A stretch of DNA of 63,573 bases, the filler included, from Octopus bimaculoides (taxonomy: Eukaryota), in NCBI RefSeq assembly GCF_001194135.2. It is 4 parts of 4 records of this genome, joined end to end, with 100 filler letters (N's around TTAATTAATTAA, not from the genome) between each part and the next. Parts side by side here need not be neighbours in the genome. Positions count along the whole stretch, not along the records: positions 45,633 to 62,233 come from NC_068993.1; positions 62,334 to 63,573 come from NC_068991.1; 2 more parts are not named here. The stretch is one strand, 5' to 3'. Each line of letters starts with the position of its first letter. The stretch's first letter is position 1. The notes below the pieces were generated by a model. That model worked only from the letters and a program-made list of their open reading frames with translations, ran no database searches and was not told the DNA's origin. The position numbers and the translations under genes were made by a program. Of the stretch, positions 60,331 through 63,573 are shown piece after piece.

Positions 60331-61536
60331 TAAGGTCATCCCATAAGTAATGTCCGAATTTTGGGTGAGAAAACAAAATGATCAAATTTTATATTTTATT
60401 AAAATTTAATCCTGTATTTAATTCCCATCTCTATCAACGACTTCCTTCCATCTACTCATCAGTTTTTAAAATTCCATTGGTGAAAAACTCGTTTGGTTTC
60501 GATGAGAAGTGGGAAGAGATTTCAATTTCGACCTCCTTGGGGCGTTTGAGCATTAATCCACGTAAATGATCCTGTAAGCTTCGAAACAAATGTTAATCAG
60601 AAGGAGAGAGGTCCGGGGAATAAGGTGGCTGAGGAAAAATCCTCAGCCAAGTTCTTTTATTTTTTCTGATGTAATTTTTGCAGTGTAGAGCCTTTCTTTA
60701 TCATGATGAAACACCATTCCCTTACGATTCACCAAAACAGGTCTTTTTTACTTCAAAGCAGCTTCCAAATGCTCTAATAAGTGTGAGCAGTAATTGTTGC
60801 ATTAGCTGATAGCAGCCCGAAGTGGATCACTCCAAAGCAATACCACCGAATAGAAAGAACCTTTTTTTGCATAGAGGTCCTTTTGGGGTTGTAACATAAC
60901 CTGTTCTCCACAGCTAACTCATTGCATGCGTCAGTTAACCTTTTCATAAAAAGAACAATTTTTTATCACCAGTCACTAAGCTCTACGAGAGTGAAGAAAT
61001 TAGCAGATGTCCACTCAATATTTTCAGCTGCCTTCTGTCAAATCATGGGGAGCCCATTTTCCAAGTTTGGGCACCTTTCCAAGTTGATGAAGATGGCGGC
61101 GAACGGTTGAATGGCTTGAACTGAGCTTGCTTGTCAGTTTTTCAGCTAACACAGTTTTATCCTTTTCAAGCTCTGACAAAACAAGCTCATCATCAAATTC
61201 AACTGGGTTTCCTATTCATGGCCTCTCAGGCTGAAATCACCATTTTTGAACTTTTCAAACCATCTGCAACTTTCCTTCGTTCAAGCACTCTTCCTTCAAG
61301 CACTCTTCCTTCAAGCACTCTTCCTAAACAGAATGGATATTTCGGGTTGCTTCTTCTGCACTGTTTCCCATTTCTAACTCACAAAGCATTATGTGCCTTA
61401 AATGCTTTTTTGATACCTCCAGCATTATGGGGATAAAATGCGTATCAGTCAATACCATTTGACATGTTAGAGTACTGTAAAATTAGATAGAAATTACATA
61501 CATGATATTTCGGATAGTATATATGTGAAGACCTGA
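60331..61536 (-). mobile_element. Mariner transposon (mellifera-like by N-terminal motif), full length, inactivated
   Basis: About 28-bp imperfect TIRs (TAAGGTCATCCCATAAGTAATGTCCGAA and TTCGGATAGTATATATGTGAAGACCTGA) in TA context; HLRHIMLCE..GNSAEEATRNI; VFHHD; SD.HLFRSLQDHL. Confidence 0.88.
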
Positions 61537-62233
61537 TATATATATAGATATAGATATAAAGTAACAAACTAAGGAAGAGAAATCCTTCAAAGAGGTGTGT
61601 TAAACATACAGTTCACTGATACAACAGTTGGATACCATGTAAACATTACTATATTTCAATTATAAAAATAAATTAAATATAGAGAAATTCTATTGACAAT
61701 CTTAATAATTTCTTTACACTACAATATTACAGCAAATACTATGCATATAATATATAATATAATATTTTATAACATCAATAATTATAAAAACCATACTAGG
61801 CCAACAAATTGTTTCGATTTATATATATTTTCTCTGATATACATAATCACAGTTCCATTATATATAGAGTCATTCGGGGTCTTGGCTTTAGAAAAAGACG
61901 AAATTTCGTGTGAAAGGACGGCTGGATTGTAAACATTAATTCAAATATCTGTGTTATGACTGTGAGTGTCAACTATTGCATCATACATCAACTACAATTA
62001 AAAAATACAACAAAAACACTTTAACGAACGATACAGTCAAGTAAGTGCAATCCACAACCACCGAAATTCACTTCATTACATCCCAAACGCATTCCAATTT
62101 AAACCCTTTCGTGTCCAAGATAGTCGCTTCTCATTTACAACATACAACAATAAAATATGTGTATATAAATGTATATAATTAAGTATCTAAGTCTTCTCCT
62201 ACGTATAACTGCAACAAAAATATATAAACAATT

Positions 62234-62333
62234 NNNNNNNNNNNNNNNNNNNNNNNNNNNNNNNNNNNNNNNNNNNNTTAATTAATTAANNNNNNNNNNN
62301 NNNNNNNNNNNNNNNNNNNNNNNNNNNNNNNNN
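62234..62333. other. Artificial scaffold-join linker
   Basis: 44 N + TTAATTAATTAA + 44 N. Confidence 0.95.
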
Positions 62334-62490
62334 AAGAGATGCCGGCGTGTGTTTCCGCCCCCGACATCCGAAACTCAGAGTTTTATCATGGCTACCGAAT
62401 AATTACCACATATTATATTTACAGATAAATTCCTCTATTTACATAATATTGAGGTCTCTTTCATTCTTTTGTTGTCTTACCATTTCTATC

Positions 62491-62535
<45 letters not shown>

Positions 62536-62536
<1 letters not shown>

Positions 62537-62682
62537 ACAGACTTCTTTCGGTTTCCGTCTACCAAGGCTTTAGTCGGCCCGAGACTATAGTGGAAGTCAC
62601 TTTCCCAAGGTTTTACGAGGTGGGACTGAAGCCGGAACCATGTACACGTTGTTGGGAAGTAAACTTCTTACCATACAGCCAT
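62536..62682 (-). mobile_element. SINE family B head
   Basis: Reverse complement of GGCTGTATGGTAAGAAGTTTACTTCCCAAC..GGGCCGACTAAAGCC..GTAGACGGAAAC. Confidence 0.8.
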
Positions 62683-62779
62683 GCATATACACGTATGTGT
62701 GTGTGTATGCATGTATGTATGTATGTATGTATGTATGTATGTATGTATGTTTGTATGTATGTATGTATGTATGTATGTA

Positions 62780-63100
62780 TGATGGCGCGTGGCTTAGTGG
62801 TATAGGCATTCGGCTTACAATCGTAAGGTCATGAGTTCGATTCCAGGCGGCGCGTCGAGTCCTTGAGCAAGATACTTTATTTTACATTCCTTCAGTCGAC
62901 GCAGTTGGAAAAAATTAGTAGTACCTATATTTGAAAGGGCAGGTCTTGTCACATTCTGTGTCACGCTGAATCTCCCTAAGAACTACGTCAAGAGTACACA
63001 TTCCGTGGAGCACTTAGCCATTTGCAGGTTAATTTCACGAGCAGACTGTTCTGTTGATCGGATCAACTGGAACTCACGTCGAGACCGACGGAGCGCCAGT
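62780..63100 (+). mobile_element. SINE with a third tRNA head and the family A tail
   Basis: Head GGCGCGTGGCTTAGTGG..GAGTTCGATTCC; tail GTTAATTTCACGAGCAG..GTTGATCGGATCAACTGGAAC equals the reverse complement of 11740-11900. Confidence 0.85.
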
Positions 63101-63130
63101 ATGTATATATGTATGTATGTATGTATGTAT

Positions 63131-63490
63131 GACACAAGACTGAGAGCTGAGAGCCGAAGTGACGAAATAGCTGAAGTTCCCAGGAACAGTCGCCTCAACA
63201 TCGCTCTGGTTCTGATCTCGAAAGCATCCAAGCAGGTGGTTTTGTTAGAAATGTCCACTTCTTGGGAGAACCACACTGAAGAGATAAATGAGGGGAAGAG
63301 AACGAAATATGATAAGCTGATGGAATCAGAGTGAAACAATGGGCATGAAGCAAAGGCGCTGGGATGCGGAGGGTTTGCAGGCCAATCGCCCTTCAGATCT
63401 TACCACATAGTGAGCATTACGGGGCCTCGTAGGCGGAAGAATATCAAATTGTCTATTGAGGCAGTAGAAGCTGCTTTAAGGTAGTTATTT
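63131..63490 (+). mobile_element. HERO-clade RLE LINE C-terminal fragment
   Basis: ..ISKASKQVVLLEMSTSWE..EEINEGKRTKY..GCGGFAGQS..ITGPRRRK..EAVEAALR matches the HERO pattern SKQVVLLELTVPWE..RKRAKY..GCRGFAGQS. Confidence 0.8.
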
Positions 63491-63573
63491 GTTTTTACTT
63501 GCGGCGGCATTCACGCGGGATGGCTCCGACCAATGAGTTCACTACGTCCTTCACGAATGCTGACCAACATACG

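Overview
AT-rich, microsatellite-saturated eukaryotic DNA with many N gaps. The SINE, LINE and microsatellite content looks like a coleoid cephalopod, probably Octopus (inferred from repeat families, not verified). Three 100-bp artificial joins (44 N + TTAATTAATTAA + 44 N) split it into four blocks whose adjacency may not be biological. No complete host gene can be supported; there are only candidate minus-strand exons. Recognisable content is almost all mobile DNA: a near-full-length but dead RTE-type LINE with three C-terminal C2H2 fingers (about 26.5-30.4 kb), RLE-type LINE fragments (R4/Dong-like and HERO-like), Tx1/L1-like fragments, a Penelope GIY-YIG fragment, several mariner/Tc1 relics, a TIR MITE with an 8-bp TSD and a telomeric palindrome, and many tRNA-derived SINEs. 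Two themes stand out. (1) Several families of short Penelope-type elements carry minimal type I hammerhead ribozyme motifs; one has an intact core and is fused to a tRNA-derived head inside a 12-bp TSD. (2) An R4/Dong-like LINE family sits inside (CATA)n/(TATG)n microsatellites in 3 of 4 copies, including inside the (TATG)n tail of the RTE element. All family calls come from motif recognition by eye and all ribozyme folds were done by hand; no searches were run.
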